A stretch of DNA of 64,000 bases from Octopus sinensis (GCF_006345805.1 NC_042998.1:121458001-121522000), one strand, 5' to 3'; shown: positions 11,952 through 24,589, counted from the stretch's first letter. A program made the numbers and translations. The notes: generated by a model not told the origin, from the sequence alone.

Positions 11952-12519
11952 CGAACAAAATAAAATCAGTGCATGAGAAATACATGTACACAGAGATAGT
12001 GATAAATAAGAGATAGACTGGTGGTTACAGAGAGTAAGAGAGTTATCAAGCTAAAAGTTATTTCTTGTGGCAAATTATATTTTTTATTATTATTTATGAA
12101 TGACCTCTTTGGATTGCAGGTTTCGAAAATCAAATTCTTTTTTCTTGAGGACACACAGTTTTAGAGCGTTTTGGGGGCTAAACTCACATACACTCACATT
12201 CATATAATATATAATACACACCCACAGTATGTAGTGTTTTTTTTAAGGTAATGTACTAAATGTATGTGTGCGCGTGTGTGTATATATATATATGACAGTT
12301 TGTATGAAACTTTGTAATCCTTTACAAAACTTCTTTTACAATTCTGACAAAGTTGACAATTACAAAGATATTTGAAATTGATGCTGGCTAGGCTGAGGGT
12401 AAAAATGCCAAATTTGAAGTCGAAGCTCTACATATAAATGTGTGTGTGTGTGTGTATATATATATATACATACACAAACACACACATATATTAAATACAC
12501 ATATACAAATGTGTAATTT

Positions 12520-13560
12520 GTGTATTTTAAGTTGCAAAAGATCCTCTTCGGCTGAGTGGAACAATAGTAGAAAGAGATATGTAGTTTTGTTCTAGGTAAT
12601 GATAGATTGAGGAGTAATGAAAGAAGGTATTTTTCTGTAGTGGAACTGCATGGCTACTCACATTGTAGAAGAGCAGAATGAAGCTGGAGAAAGATATCAA
12701 AATAGTGTTCACAAGGTGTCAGGGTACCCTCAAGGTACAAGAAGGTGAATAGGAGTGGCAACAAACAGTAAAAATATATGAGTAAACAAATTAAGAATGT
12801 TGAATGATGAACATAGGTTGAGATGTGAGTAGTCAATTGATAAATATGAATAGTAGGGAAGAATAGCAGATGACTTGAGATTGGGTTGGGCTGATGTATG
12901 AATGCAGTGAATGATAGACAGGAATGAAGAGTTGATCAGTGATACATAATTGGAGGGCAGGTAGGGGTTTGTAGATGCTGAGTGGCAGTACTGAAGGGAA
13001 GAAGAGCATCAGAATACAAGTAATCGTACAGTAAACAGGAGAAAGATGTGTATTGTGTAAGGAGCAGGTCAACATGAAATGATTTAATGAAGAGGGCCTG
13101 GTTTCTACAGTTGGATGCTTCGTTCATGAAACTAGTGTGGTCGGCATCCAGCTTGCAGGACTACAGTAAAGAAGGGAGGAAAGGAAGGCAGCTTTATGCT
13201 AGGAGAGAAGAGGCCAGAACAGAGTGGGGGTCTTCTTGTGAAGGTTACTTACACTGTAGATGAGAGGGTGGGAGTGACTGAGATAGAGTTGGAAAGAGAG
13301 AGGGTAATAAAAATAGTGTTGTTGAATTGTTTGGGTGGACCCTGAAGGTATGTGGTGAGTGGAAGTAAATGTAGACAGGAGAACAGGGAATGAGGGTGGT
13401 AGAGGTTACAAGAATGTATAGGAGACTGAGAAATGGTTAGGGGTGGTGAATGAGAAGGAGTGAATATGATGAATAAAAAACAAGTGTTGTAATGATAAAT
13501 AAGGAAGTGTATGTGATAAATGTAGACATTGGGTAGTGTTAAGGAGTGGATGTAGTGATG
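12520..13560 (-). repeat. Purine-rich, highly decayed LINE-like segment (similar stretches at ~2240-2990, ~30760-31330, ~35780-36080)
   Basis: Strong strand purine skew. Faint RT-like peptides on the minus strand (SNCR..., ITDQLF, SFILLFYNVS). No intact frame. Confidence 0.35.
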
Positions 13561-13669
13561 TACAGATTCAGTAAACTTGTTTAGAATTTGCTAAAGTTTT
13601 AGACAAGTTGAAAACTTGTGGACATCATTGTTGGTCATATAATTACAAATTTCATATTTATCTTTGTAG

Positions 13670-13816
13670 GATTATCACAAAATTATTAAGTTCCCAATGG
13701 ATCTGGGGACTATAAAAAAGCGCCTTGAAACAAATTATTATCACAGTGCAAAGGAGTGTATCAATGACTTCAACACTATGTTCACAAATTGTTATGTCTA
13801 TAACAAACCTGGCGAG
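13670..13816 (+). CDS. BRD4: BET exon: BD1 core ([49 protein letters not shown])
   Basis: tttgtag / gtaaga. 147 nt, phase 0-0. PMDLGTI motif and the conserved acetyl-lysine-binding Asn (YVYNKP). Confidence 0.97.
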
Positions 13817-14021
13817 GTAAGAAGGTGTATTTTACATTTGTTTTTAACACTTTCAACAATATAAGACTAGATGGCTTTTATTATCTTCAGTTACAATCTG
13901 GGGACAATTAATCGAGAAAATGAATAATCAGTTAAAACAAGATTATTTTTCATGCAATTATGTATATGCTTTGTATTTTGAAACTCCATTAATCGTTTGC
14001 ATTTTTTTTTTATAATTTCAG

Positions 14022-14090
14022 GATATTGTTCTTATGGCCCAGACTTTAGAAAAATTATTCCTGCAAAAGGTGGCTCAAATGCCTCAAGAG
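14022..14090 (+). CDS. BRD4: BET exon: end of BD1 (DIVLMAQTLEKLFLQKVAQMPQE)
   Basis: tttcag / gtgagt. 69 nt, phase 0-0. Confidence 0.97.
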
Positions 14091-14187
14091 GTGAGTTAAT
14101 GAGTATAGTATGAATGGTATATTATTTATTGAACATTTAAAGTAAATGTCGGTTTATTGAGTTACTGGATGTCTATTATATTTTTAG

Positions 14188-14535
14188 GAAGTTGAAACTA
14201 CTGTACCCCCTAAGAAGGCAACAAGTTCTAAAGGAGGCTCTTCCTCATCTGCTGCTAATGCTGCCAATTCTGCATCTGCTTCCTGTGCCACTGCTGTTCC
14301 ACCTCCCTCTTCTGCTCCAACAATATGTGCTGCACCAGTTGCTCCTCCAGCATCCCAGGCTGCTTTAGCAGCTCCAACTACTGCAGCACCAACTCAGGTA
14401 ACCTCTCCTGTAGCTTCACCAGTCCGTAATTACACTGCTAACCAGTCAGCCACTATTGTTAAATCCTTGAAGGAAGAAGAGTCAGAATCCTCACAAGTTC
14501 AAGGAACTGTTTTACCACCATCTCAACCTACAAAG
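14188..14535 (+). CDS. BRD4: BET exon: Ala/Ser/Pro-rich BD1-BD2 linker (EVETTVPPKK...VLPPSQPTK)
   Basis: tttttag / gtaacc. 348 nt open frame, phase 0-0. Confidence 0.92.
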
Positions 14536-14771
14536 GTAACCCACTTTGACTTGATCCTTTTCAAATAATGTTACTATTTATGATAATTATAAAACTAATA
14601 TTTTCAGAAATCTGTTAAAAATAACACTGTAATTGGTTTATTAATCAATAATTTGTTTTGATATGTATTAAGTGTTCATACTCTTCTAGAAAACTGCTGA
14701 TTAGGTAGGGACAGATGTAAATGTTTAGCAACACATTGTGTTAAAATTGAATGTCAATATTTATCTTGCAG

Positions 14772-14972
14772 ACAAAGAAAGGTGTTAAACGGAAAGCAGA
14801 TACAACTACTCCTGGCAGCATTGGTCCTGCTACAGTTCCATCAGTTTATAACCCATCGTCTGTCTATGAGCCTAAGTTTGATAATAAGCTCTCGTCATCA
14901 GCTAAAATACCCTTAAGAAGAGAGAGTAACAGGCAAATAAAAAAGCCCAAGAGGGATTTACCCGAAGATCAG
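14772..14972 (+). CDS. BRD4: BET exon: motif A region (TKKGVKRKADTTTP...RRESNRQIKKPKRDLPEDQ)
   Basis: cttgcag / gtaaat. 201 nt, phase 0-0. KKGVKRKADTTTP is a BET hallmark. Confidence 0.96.
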
Positions 14973-15700
14973 GTAAATATAAATTTTGACATATTTAACA
15001 TTGTTTTAATCCATCTTTTAAAGATGTGTAAGTTCCTTTGATTTTGTTTCAAACAAGATTTGAACTGAAATTATTGCTGTTGATCAAGTCTTCTGTGAGA
15101 ATACTTGAACTGTTTGATTATAAATATTTTGTGTTTAATACTTTTTATTTTGTTATTTATTTTGGCATGGATTGTTAGAATTTCTTGTTACTCTTAGCTG
15201 ATTATCACCTAAAAGTTTCGAGAGATTTTCTTTTCTATTCTTTTGAGCAAAATAGTGGACTTAGAAAACTTGAGCTCATTTGATTTATAATACTGCTTCT
15301 AGCATTGAAATAAGTTCAGGTCCTAACTTCAATACCTTAATTAAAATAAAAGTATTTGTATATAAAATTTACTTGGTTTCATGGAATTACTTTTATAGTA
15401 TATATTCTTGTGTTCAGAATAATAGTTCTTTAGAATTTCTGTAGATCTATTGGACACCAGATTGTTGCTTGGTCTTGCCAGCCTTCATTTTTTTTTTTTT
15501 TTTAAGAATCTTACGATATTTTTTTTTCCATTGTTTGTTTTAGAAATATTTTTAATGATTGAATTTTAAAAGCCTTTGAATAGGATTCAAATAATGATGA
15601 CTTTTTGTATTTAAACAGGTTACTTTTTCTTTTCCTTTTTGCTTTGTTTTCTTTAGTTTCTGATCTTCTGCTTGTAGTTAATAAACATGTGTACTTTCAG

Positions 15701-15796
15701 ATGCTTTTACTTGAGAATCATGAGTACAAGAATCTCCCTCCAGATGTAACAATCTCCCTCCGAAATAAGTCAAGATCTCCTAAATCTGTTCCAAAG
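15701..15796 (+). CDS. Candidate alternative cassette exon (MLLLENHEYKNLPPDVTISLRNKSRSPKSVPK)
   Basis: Pyrimidine tract plus tttcag acceptor, AAG|gttggc donor. 96 nt, phase 0-0, open in the host frame. An alternative in-frame donor lies after 15811. Confidence 0.42.
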
Positions 15797-16895
15797 GTTG
15801 GCAAGTATGAAGTATATTTTCCTATTTCATATAAGATGCCAGATGTATGTGTGAACGCAATACTATACGAGGCAGATAAATGTCTTGATTAATTGAATAT
15901 AGTGCATGAAAATTTTAATTACATGCTTATAGTCCATATGATATTAAGTATTTTTAAAGTGCATTTCACATAAGCAATATTTATCTTTTACTTTTGGAAA
16001 TATTGCATGTATTAAAACTAACTTTTGTGATATCTCATAACTGGTTGGAGTTTCTTTTCTCAATACTCTATTATATTAGTTGTTCTCCATTCATTTTTTT
16101 CTTTTTCTTTTTTTTTCACTTCTTCATTTAAATTGTCTCTGGTTTAATCTAGTGTTGCTTTGTTTCATTGAAATTGTTCATAAAATAAAGAATCTATTTC
16201 AAATGGTCGTTAGTAAATAGTTTTTTGTTAACTTAGCAAGAAAATGGAACAATGTATATATTTTCAATGTTATTTTATTACTTACTTTTTTTTAATTTCT
16301 ACAATTAGATGTCTAGAAAAATAGTAGGTTTAGAATATGGCAGATATAAAACCTTTTAGTATATTTTGCTTTCAACAACCTATTTCATATTATGCCTCAG
16401 CATCTTTGATAAACTTCCTATGGTGTGTAGCATATTTGCATGCCACATAAGTAGTTAGGTGTGTATGAACACCTGTACCTTCTGTACATATCTTCACATA
16501 GAAACAGATCCTCATAAAATTATAGCTATAAAAAATGTGATTAGAGTTAGCAGTCAGAATAGAAACTATATTTGTCACTTGTTCTATAATGTATTGATAC
16601 CATTTATTTTTTACACTATTAACATTTGAATATACCTCTTGATTATTAGTATAATTTTTTAATCATACTCATACGATAATTTGCATGCCAAAACCTGTTT
16701 CTGGGTGAAACTGATCTATTGTAATGACCCTAATGTTGTAAGAAAGCAAACCTATAATGTAGTATATGAACATTGAGCGAATGGTGGTAAATGTAGACCT
16801 ATTGCTGGCAGTTTAATACAAAAGAACTACGAATGGATTTTTGCTGCATTATAATCTATGCTTCCTTTTTTTTCTTTTCTTTTTTTTTTTCCTAG

Positions 16896-16991
16896 GCACA
16901 ACATAGCTCAAAAAACAAAAAAGGTAAACTCTCAGAACAGTTGAAATACTGCAATGTTTTGCTTAAAGAACTATTTGCCAAGAAGCATGCG
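16896..16991 (+). CDS. BRD4: BET exon: start of BD2 (AQHSSKNKKGKLSEQLKYCNVLLKELFAKKHA)
   Basis: T-tract cctag / gtaaat. 96 nt, phase 0-0. Confidence 0.96.
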
Positions 16992-17846
16992 GTAAATAAT
17001 GCATATTTTCTAAACTTTCGGAGTTTTTCTTATATAAAATAAATGTAAATACTTACTGTTTTAGTTTGCATTTTGATATGGGCTATATGTCGTAATATTG
17101 ATATCCAATTTTATTTATAGCATTACTTCATTGAAATCAAACTTTTCCACACTATGTGAAATTTGCATATTGCTGGAACTACTTTTATAAGCAACTTCTC
17201 ATCTTATCACTCTGAGATACATTTCTTCATTATAAATGCTGCCTATAACAGAGTAAAATGTTATATTAACTATACACTTTTAAAGCTGAAAATGAATGAT
17301 ACCATAGCAGTAAGAGCATGCTGGCAGACAGTGACAGGCATTTCAAGAGGGATAAGTGAAGATAGTGAACTGGAAACAAGTGGCCCAATGTAATTGTGTT
17401 TATAATTGTTGTTGGCATCCTCGTCATTTAACATTAGTTTTCCATGCTGGCATGGTTTGGCAGGAGCTACACCAGGCTCCAATTGTCTGTTTGGGCATAG
17501 TTTCTGTGGCTAAATGCCCTTTCTAATGCCCACTACTTTACTGAGTATACTGGGTGCTTTTTAAATAGCACCTGTATGGGAGCCTTTTACTTGGTGCCAT
17601 CATGTTGCTTTTTATGTGGCATATAGTATCTGCATAATATATATTGTGTGTATGTAATGTATGTAGGATTGCTATCTCACTGTGGTACCGTGTGCTGTTT
17701 TCTCTGTAGCTTTAGGCGGATATTTGCATATGATCATGTTTTAAATTTTCTTAAAAACTCATTGTCATATAAAAAAAAAAAAGCAAAAGTATTTTAAAAA
17801 TCCATATAAATAGTGATGAATAAAATAATTTAAAATTTGTTTGTAG

Positions 17847-17948
17847 GGTTATGCTTGGCCTTTTTACAAACCAGTTGATGCTGAGCTGTTAGGACTCCAT
17901 GACTATCATGATATTATAAAGAAACCTATGGATCTTGGAAGTATCAAG
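17847..17948 (+). CDS. BRD4: BET exon: BD2 ([34 protein letters not shown])
   Basis: ttgtag / gtatgt. 102 nt, phase 0-0. Confidence 0.97.
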
Positions 17949-18430
17949 GTATGTATCATTAATGAAATTGCATTTCTTTTTGAGAAATTTAGTTATTGGC
18001 TACATAGATGTTTATTATCATTAATAAATTTGAACAGTTTGAATTACAAACACATCTGTGGTTTATCTTATCTATCTTTGATTTTAAGGTTCAGTTTTAA
18101 GAATTTTAAATTTGCTTAGATTGTTTTTCTTTACACACACACACACAATTTTGCAGTTGGTTTCCCATTGCATAGTTTGTCATAAATACCAATTTCATCT
18201 TTAACCCTTTTTTCACTATATTTCTAAAATTACACCCATTATGTGTTTCAATTAAATTCTAAAATAATCATCAATTCAAATGGGTTTCATAGAACAACCC
18301 TTTTTTATTTATCGACATATTGTGATTTTCAGGACATAGTTTAACAAAATGTTTTTAAATTTATCTATTGCATAATTTTTGTCTCAAAACAAACCTAATT
18401 ACAGGTAAATGCGACAAAATAGAAAAATAT

Positions 18431-18638
18431 TTAACTTTTTGGCAGTCAGATTACTGTCTTATTCACATTGTTTTGAATTAATCATGCATTATCTCATAGC
18501 TTTGAGATTCTGATGTCACTGTTTAATTTTAGAATGATATTTTAGGGGAGGTGTGAGAGGTAAGATCTGGCTGGTTTAACCATAAAACAGGTAGAATATT
18601 TGGGCAGTATATGGCCAGTTTGAATGCTAAAGGGTTCA
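18431..18638 (-). mobile_element. TTAA MITE family 1 copy, inverted relative to the 1-4.4 kb copies
   Basis: Reverse complement of the internal sequence of 3397-3620. Ends gaatgctaaagggtt. Confidence 0.75.
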
Positions 18639-19311
18639 GTTTTGTTTAAACAGCATAGAAAATGAGTTATTAGCTAATATTCAGGTCAACAACAAAATTT
18701 TATTATAGAATTGTGTACATGACTGGATTCTCAGTTGAACTTCTGTATCATAAAGATAAAGTAGAGCAAAATACTGGAATTTATCTTTGAGGAAAGCTAC
18801 AAAATGAAATAGCTGCACCTTCAGTGAAATTAAATAAACTTGTGTATATACATAAATACATGCAATAATTCACAATATTAATTAAAATGTCATTCGCCAT
18901 GTCTCAGGTTTGTGGGAAGGTTTTGTATGTTTGAACACAGTGAGAGCCTTATTTTAAATAAGGGCGCAATGTTTGTTTTCTGTATACTGGTGTACTACTA
19001 GTGTCTTTTATAATGTCGTACACTGTGACTCAATTGTTTCTGTAGGGAAATCATGTTTTCACAAATATACTAATGAAATTTGAGCTGAAATCCTCATTTA
19101 GATATGAAGAGGTTATCTCTTGCAGTTCTAGGTGGCTTGGTAGTGAAAGAGTTAAACCTCACCTATCTATGCACATCACTCTTGTCAGTGCTGTCTTTTC
19201 CATGAACAGTCTGTAAGCCTTGTATAGATGTTGGACAGCTTGAACCCACTATTGTAAAGAACTCAATGGTGGGTATATTGCTTCTGCTTGGAACCAAACA
19301 TTTGCCTAAAA

Positions 19312-19534
19312 CAGTGATTCTCAACTGGGGCCTATATAAAATGTTAAAATTTATGTGCAATGAATTGGTTATACTTCTACAATAAACAAAATATAACAAT
19401 TTTTTGTTACAATTCCTATTATTTCATTTGAAAAATGTTTGTTTTTTTTTAAACATTAAATGGCTATGAGGTTCTACCCAAATGAAATAGGAAACAAAGG
19501 GGTCTATAAGTAAAAAAATGTTTGAGAACCACTG
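19312..19534. mobile_element. hAT MITE (MER5/Charlie-type ends)
   Basis: TIRs CAGTGATTCTCAAC / TTTGAGAACCACTG. Flanking 8-mers gcctaaaa / gcctagta (6/8 match). Confidence 0.8.
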
Positions 19535-19699
19535 GCCTAGTATAGAAGAAAAGTTACTCTACCAACATGTGCAATTTGAATGACTTATGTCATTTAATTA
19601 AGGCATTCCCACTTCTTCATATATAAGAATATTATATTTTGTACATGTGCAGTCGAATTATTTCTCTGAATAGTCATGAAATTTTGTTTGTCTTTTAAG

Positions 19700-19828
19700 C
19701 AAAAAATGGATAATCGGGAATATAAATCAGCTGCTGAGTTTGCTGAGGAAGTACGGACTATTTTCACAAATTGCTACCGATATAATCCTCAAGACAGTGA
19801 TGTGGTGATGATGGCTAAAAAATTACAG
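19700..19828 (+). CDS. BRD4: BET exon: BD2 ([43 protein letters not shown])
   Basis: ttttaag / gtagga. 129 nt, phase 0-0. NCYRYNP contains the conserved Asn. Confidence 0.96.
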
Positions 19829-20295
19829 GTAGGAACTTTGTATAAATTTTAAATTGTATAACAACCTGTGTTTTGAGCTATATATGAAAACAAGATGAAA
19901 CAAAAATTACTACATAGTGTACATCATGTGTTCTACACTTAAAGTAATGTAGCAGGCACTTGCTCTGAAGTACATTGTTAACTGTAAGAAATAATAATGT
20001 TAAAATATTGTAGCTAGTGGCTATACCTGAACGGCTTAAGTGTGAATATTTTTTGAAATTTACAGATAAATGGTACAAGTTAATAATTTTCTTGACATTA
20101 AACAGTATATTCTATAATGTATTTCATACACTGAAATTTTATACTGACTATCAAATTATTCCTTCTAAGTTGCATGATTAAATAAACTAGTTATCTTGAA
20201 GAGCTTCTGAAAATGTTGGTTGTAGTTGTTACAGTTTTTCAGATATTGATATTTTCAAAAGGGTTCTGGAAATAATTACATTTGATAATTTCCAG

Positions 20296-20490
20296 GATGT
20301 GTTTGAAATGAAATATGCTAAGATGCCTGATGAAACACCTTCAACTCCTGAGCCACCAACACCCACTACACACCCTAAAACAGAGGTATCATCAAGTGAT
20401 GCCCCATCATCAGAATCGGCATCAAGCAGTGAAAGTGAGGATGAAAGTGAAGGTGAAAGAGACAAAATGATCCGGCAGTTACAAGAACAA
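20296..20490 (+). CDS. BRD4: BET exon: end of BD2, Ser/acidic tract, start of motif B (DVFEMKYAKMPDE...RDKMIRQLQEQ)
   Basis: ttccag / gtaagt. 195 nt, phase 0-0. Confidence 0.96.
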
Positions 20491-20921
20491 GTAAGTATAA
20501 GTGATTAACTTTAATGAATTTGCTTACTTATCAGTAGCATTTCTGTATAGTCTGACTGTGGCAAAACGTTTGTTAACATATTCATGATTGTAAGTGTAAT
20601 ATAATATATTAATTTTCTAGCAGTATATACAATATAAGAATTTCAGCCATATTCAAGAGTGGTTCTTAATTTCCATCAATATGTCATTGTTTCAAATTCT
20701 TAAACATATTTTGTTCATGGCTGTTAGGGCAAGGATGAGTGATTAGCCTTGCTTTTATATAAAGGGCATTTACATCTTGTTCATTAAAATATCTTTTGGA
20801 ATATCTTTTATAAGGTAATAATTGTATTTCAACTTGTCGAGTAAATGAATGATTGGTATTAAAATGTTAAGAGAAAGCTGTTTATGTAATGTTTGTGGTT
20901 TGTTTTTCACTTTTTGTTTAG

Positions 20922-21324
20922 GTCCGAGATATACAAGAAAAATTAGGGATTCTGACACAGGAATGTTTGAAAGAAAGAAAAGAAAAGAAAAACAAAAAGA
21001 AAAAGAAAGCCAAAGAAAAGGAAAAGGAGAAGGAAAAAGAAAAAGATAAAGTCATTGAAATTCCCCCACCACAACCCCCACCTGCCCCAGTACAACAACC
21101 TCCTGTTGAACAACAACCTAAACCACCTAAATCTTCTAAACCTAAATCAAAGCAAAAATCCCCATCAAGTAAAAATAAGCGAACTAGTAATCGATCTTCC
21201 AGCTCGAAGAATCGAAGTAAACCAGCCACCCCTGGTTCTTATGACAGTGATGATGATGACAATGCAAAGCCAATGACTTACGATGAAAAGAGGCAGCTAA
21301 GTTTGGATATTAACAAATTACCGG
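20922..21324 (+). CDS. BRD4: BET exon: motif B coiled coil, Lys-rich tract, start of ET (VRDIQEKL...[20 protein letters not shown])
   Basis: tgtttag / gtatgt. 403 nt, phase 0-1. [16 protein letters not shown] is the ET signature. Confidence 0.96.
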
Positions 21325-22026
21325 GTATGTTACAATCTTTGTAAATATGTTTTCTGTTTGCTGTGTACTTCCCCCCCACCCACCCCATAAAAATATTTTA
21401 TCTGATAATGCAAGTTGATGGAGAGATAAAGTACTGGCAGATTAAATGTCATCTCATTGCAGTGTAGCACAGTGAAAAGTATACAGAAAAAGGGCAACAA
21501 AATATGTTTCCAATCATGACAAAACTTAGTCATCTTTATGGGGTTTATCTTAAGGCTAGTCTCTGTTTTGACATGAATACTTAGAATTAGCTGATGCATG
21601 GGTTCTCTATACTTCAGACTAAGCGTGTGTGCAAACATAACTTCTCTCCACCAGCAGATCTTGCTCACTCGAGTTTTTCTTTTTTCTTTATTTTTTGTTA
21701 CATGTTTCATATTTTATTAACTTTTCATGGTTGGTTTGGAATGTTGGTTCCTAAACCCTTACCTGGCACTTGTAGACTTTCACAGTGTTATTATCAAGAA
21801 TTGAATTTAATATATTTGACATTTGTCTTGTTTCTTATATACTGACAGAATTCATGAGGACTTTCATAACAAAGGTCTTTTTTTAGCCATTACCATTATG
21901 CATTAGTAATCTGCAAATTTGTTATCAAATTTTGATGGTCAGCCTACAAAACCAAAAAGATAAAACTTGAACACAATAATGTATTTAATGAAATGTGTGT
22001 GTGTTTATATATATATATATATTATA

Positions 22027-22778
22027 TCAGTGTTCATACTCGACAGAGTGTAAGTACCTTGAGAGAAAAGGTGGATCTAAGAAGCATCAGTTGTGTGCAA
22101 GAGAGACGATTGCGTTGGTATGGTCATGTGGCAAGAATGGATGAAGATAGTTGTGTGAAAAAGTGCCGCACCCTAGCGGTTGAGGGAACTTGTGGAAGAG
22201 GTAGTCCCAGGAAAACCTGGGTTGAGGCAGTGCAGCATGACCTTTGAACATTAGGTCTCACCGAGGCAATGACTAGTGACCGAGACCTTTGGAAGTATGC
22301 TGTGTGTGAGAAGACCCAGCAGGACAAGTGAGACCATAACCCGTGGTCTCTACCTGAGATGTAGCCAGTCCACTTATGCATACCTTTCCTTCTTGGGACA
22401 CAAAACTCTGCTTGCGAAGACCTGTTGAGGCAAGTGAAGTCGAAATCGATCAAGAATCAATGGAAATTGTAGTTGTGATACCAGTGCCGGTGGCATGTAA
22501 AAGAACCATCCGAACATGGCCGTTGCCAGCACTGCCTCGACTGGCCTCCGTGCCGCTGGCACGTAAAAAGCACCAACTAATCGTGGCCATTGCCAGCCTT
22601 GCCTGGCACATAAAAAGCACCCACTAGACTCACGGAGTGGTTGGTGTTAGGAAGGGCATCCAGCTGTAGAAAAACTGCCAGATCAGACTGGACCTGATGC
22701 AGCCTCCTGGCTTCCCAGACCCCAGTTGAACCGTCCAATCCATGCGAGCATGGAAAGTGGACGTTATACTATGATGAT
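22027..22778 (+). mobile_element. 5'-truncated RTE-clade LINE with complete 3' UTR
   Basis: ORF end RRLRWYGHVARMDEDSCVKKC...GRGSPRKTW. 3'UTR ggttggtgttaggaagggcatccagctgtag and (TGA)n tail. Inserted in a (TA)n tract. Confidence 0.88.
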
Positions 22779-22890
22779 ATATATATATGTGTGTATGTGC
22801 CTGTATTTATATCTATTGATAAAAATGTTAAGACAACAAAAGAATGAAAGAGACCTCGATATTATGTAAATAGAGGAATTTGTCTGTAAG

Positions 22891-23056
22891 TGTAATATGT
22901 GACAATTATTTGGTAGCCATGATAAAACTCCAAGTTTCAGATGCTGAGGTGAAAATCCACGCCGCCATAACTGAAGAGATGGCGGTGTGGATTTCCACCT
23001 CGGTATCCAAAACTCAGAGTTTTATCATGGCTACCGAATATTTGTCACATATTACA
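22891..23056. repeat. Long palindrome: 78-bp arms, 10-nt loop (fold-back/MITE-like)
   Basis: 22891-22968 versus the reverse complement of 22979-23056: 68/78 identical, no indels. Confidence 0.95.
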
Positions 23057-23316
23057 TTTACATATATATATCTGTAATATAAATTGGACATGGGCAATCG
23101 TTATTATCTTTCTTGTCTGGAGGTTCACAGCCAAATGGCTGGGTGGATTCACATAAAAATGGCACAGATGTGGAGACAGGTGCATAGATTGGAATGTGGT
23201 TTGTATTTTTTTCCTAGCCCCCATAGTTACCGAGAAAATTGATTAAAACTTTTTCTAATGGAATTCCCCTGTTTGTTCCACCATTAAAATAACCAGTTGC
23301 TCACACAGCCAGCATA

Positions 23317-23687
23317 TACCTATTTCTTTACTACCCACAAGGGGCTAAACACGGAGAGGACAAACAAACAAATTAAGCCGATTACATCGCCCCCAGTGCG
23401 TAACTGGTACTTAATTTATTGACCCCGAAAAGATGAAAGGCAAAGTCCACTTCGGTGGAATTTGAACGTAACGGCAGACGAAATACCTATTTCTTTACTA
23501 CCCACAAGGGACTAAACACAGAGGAGACAAACAAGGACAGACAAATGGATTAAGTCGATTATATCGACCCCGAAAGGATGAAAGGCAAAGTCAACCTCAG
23601 CGGAATTTGAACTCAGAACGTAAAGACAGACAAAATACCGTTAAGCATTTCGGCCGGCATGGTAACGTTTCTGCCAGCTCACTGCCT
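23317..23687 (-). mobile_element. tRNA-derived SINE, head-to-tail dimer
   Basis: Minus strand aggcagtgagctggcagaa... B-box-like gagttcaaattcc, then tttgcctttcatcctttcggggtc. The unit is repeated (23317-23483 and 23484-23687). A + strand fragment lies at ~55140-55290. Confidence 0.8.
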
Positions 23688-24207
23688 ATACCATTTCACT
23701 AGCTCACAGCATATACCATTTCACTATCAACAAGAGGAGTACAGGATGACATTCAAAACTTTGTCTTTGCTGTCTCTCTTCTTTCACCTCTTTGTGGGGT
23801 TAATAATCTTAATCTTTAGTTACAGTTTCTCATTCAAACTGCATAAGTAGAATTGTCGGATTAAGACAGTAGGGTGTTTTGAGGGAGATTTGGCTGCTAT
23901 TTCTACCAGGTCTAGCTACCATGTAGAGGTCTGAACTTAATTTTCATTCACATATTTGCATTTCAAAAATTTAACATAATCTTTTCCATAAATCAACTAT
24001 CATAAAAATTTTATGCAATGACCTCACATTTTCTATGTATGTACATGTACCTTGAAAGACGTCAGTCATCTCAACACACACCTTCACTCACTTGCTCTAT
24101 CTCTCTTTCTCTCTCACATACATTCAAGTCCATTTCATATGTCTTCTTTTAATTTCTGCTCTCTGCAAATAAAATCTTTTACGGATACAGCTGCTTACAA
24201 TAATAGG

Positions 24208-24587
24208 GTTATATATTACTCTTTTACTTGTTTCAGTCATTTGGACTGCGGCCATGCTGGAGCACCGCCTTTGGTTGAGCATATCGACCCCGGGACTTAT
24301 TCTTTGTAAGCCCAGTACTTATTCTTCGGTCTCTCTTGCCGAACCGCTAAGTGGTGGGGACATAAACACACCAGCACCGGTTGTCAAGCAATGCTAGAGG
24401 GACAAACGCAGTCATACATACATATATACGACAGGCTTCTTTCAGTTTCCGTCTACCAAATCCACTCACAAGGCTTTGGTCGGCCCGAGGCTATAGCAGA
24501 AGACACTTGCCCAAGATGCCACGCAGTGGGACTGAACCCGGAACCATGTGGTTGGTTAGCAAGCTACTTACCACACAGCCACTCCTG

Positions 24588-24589
<2 letters not shown>
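24208..24589 (-). mobile_element. Full-length tRNA-derived SINE (most abundant family here; + strand fragments at ~6960, ~8110, ~8320, ~29400, ~32070, ~35350, ~36120)
   Basis: Minus strand gcaggagtggctgtgtggtaag...gggttcagtcccactgcgtggcatcttgggcaagtgtc...ggaaactgaaagaagcc. Abuts a (TA)n tract. Confidence 0.85.

Noticed and set aside
20918-21229. Antisense ORFs over BET exons (also 20229-20465) and over LINEs (e.g. 34025-34636)
   Set aside because: Shadows of low-complexity or coding sequence on the opposite strand, with no independent signals.
23317-23687. CRISPR-like or prokaryotic repeat-spacer array
   Set aside because: Only two long SINE-derived units with no unique spacers, in a spliceosomal-intron context.
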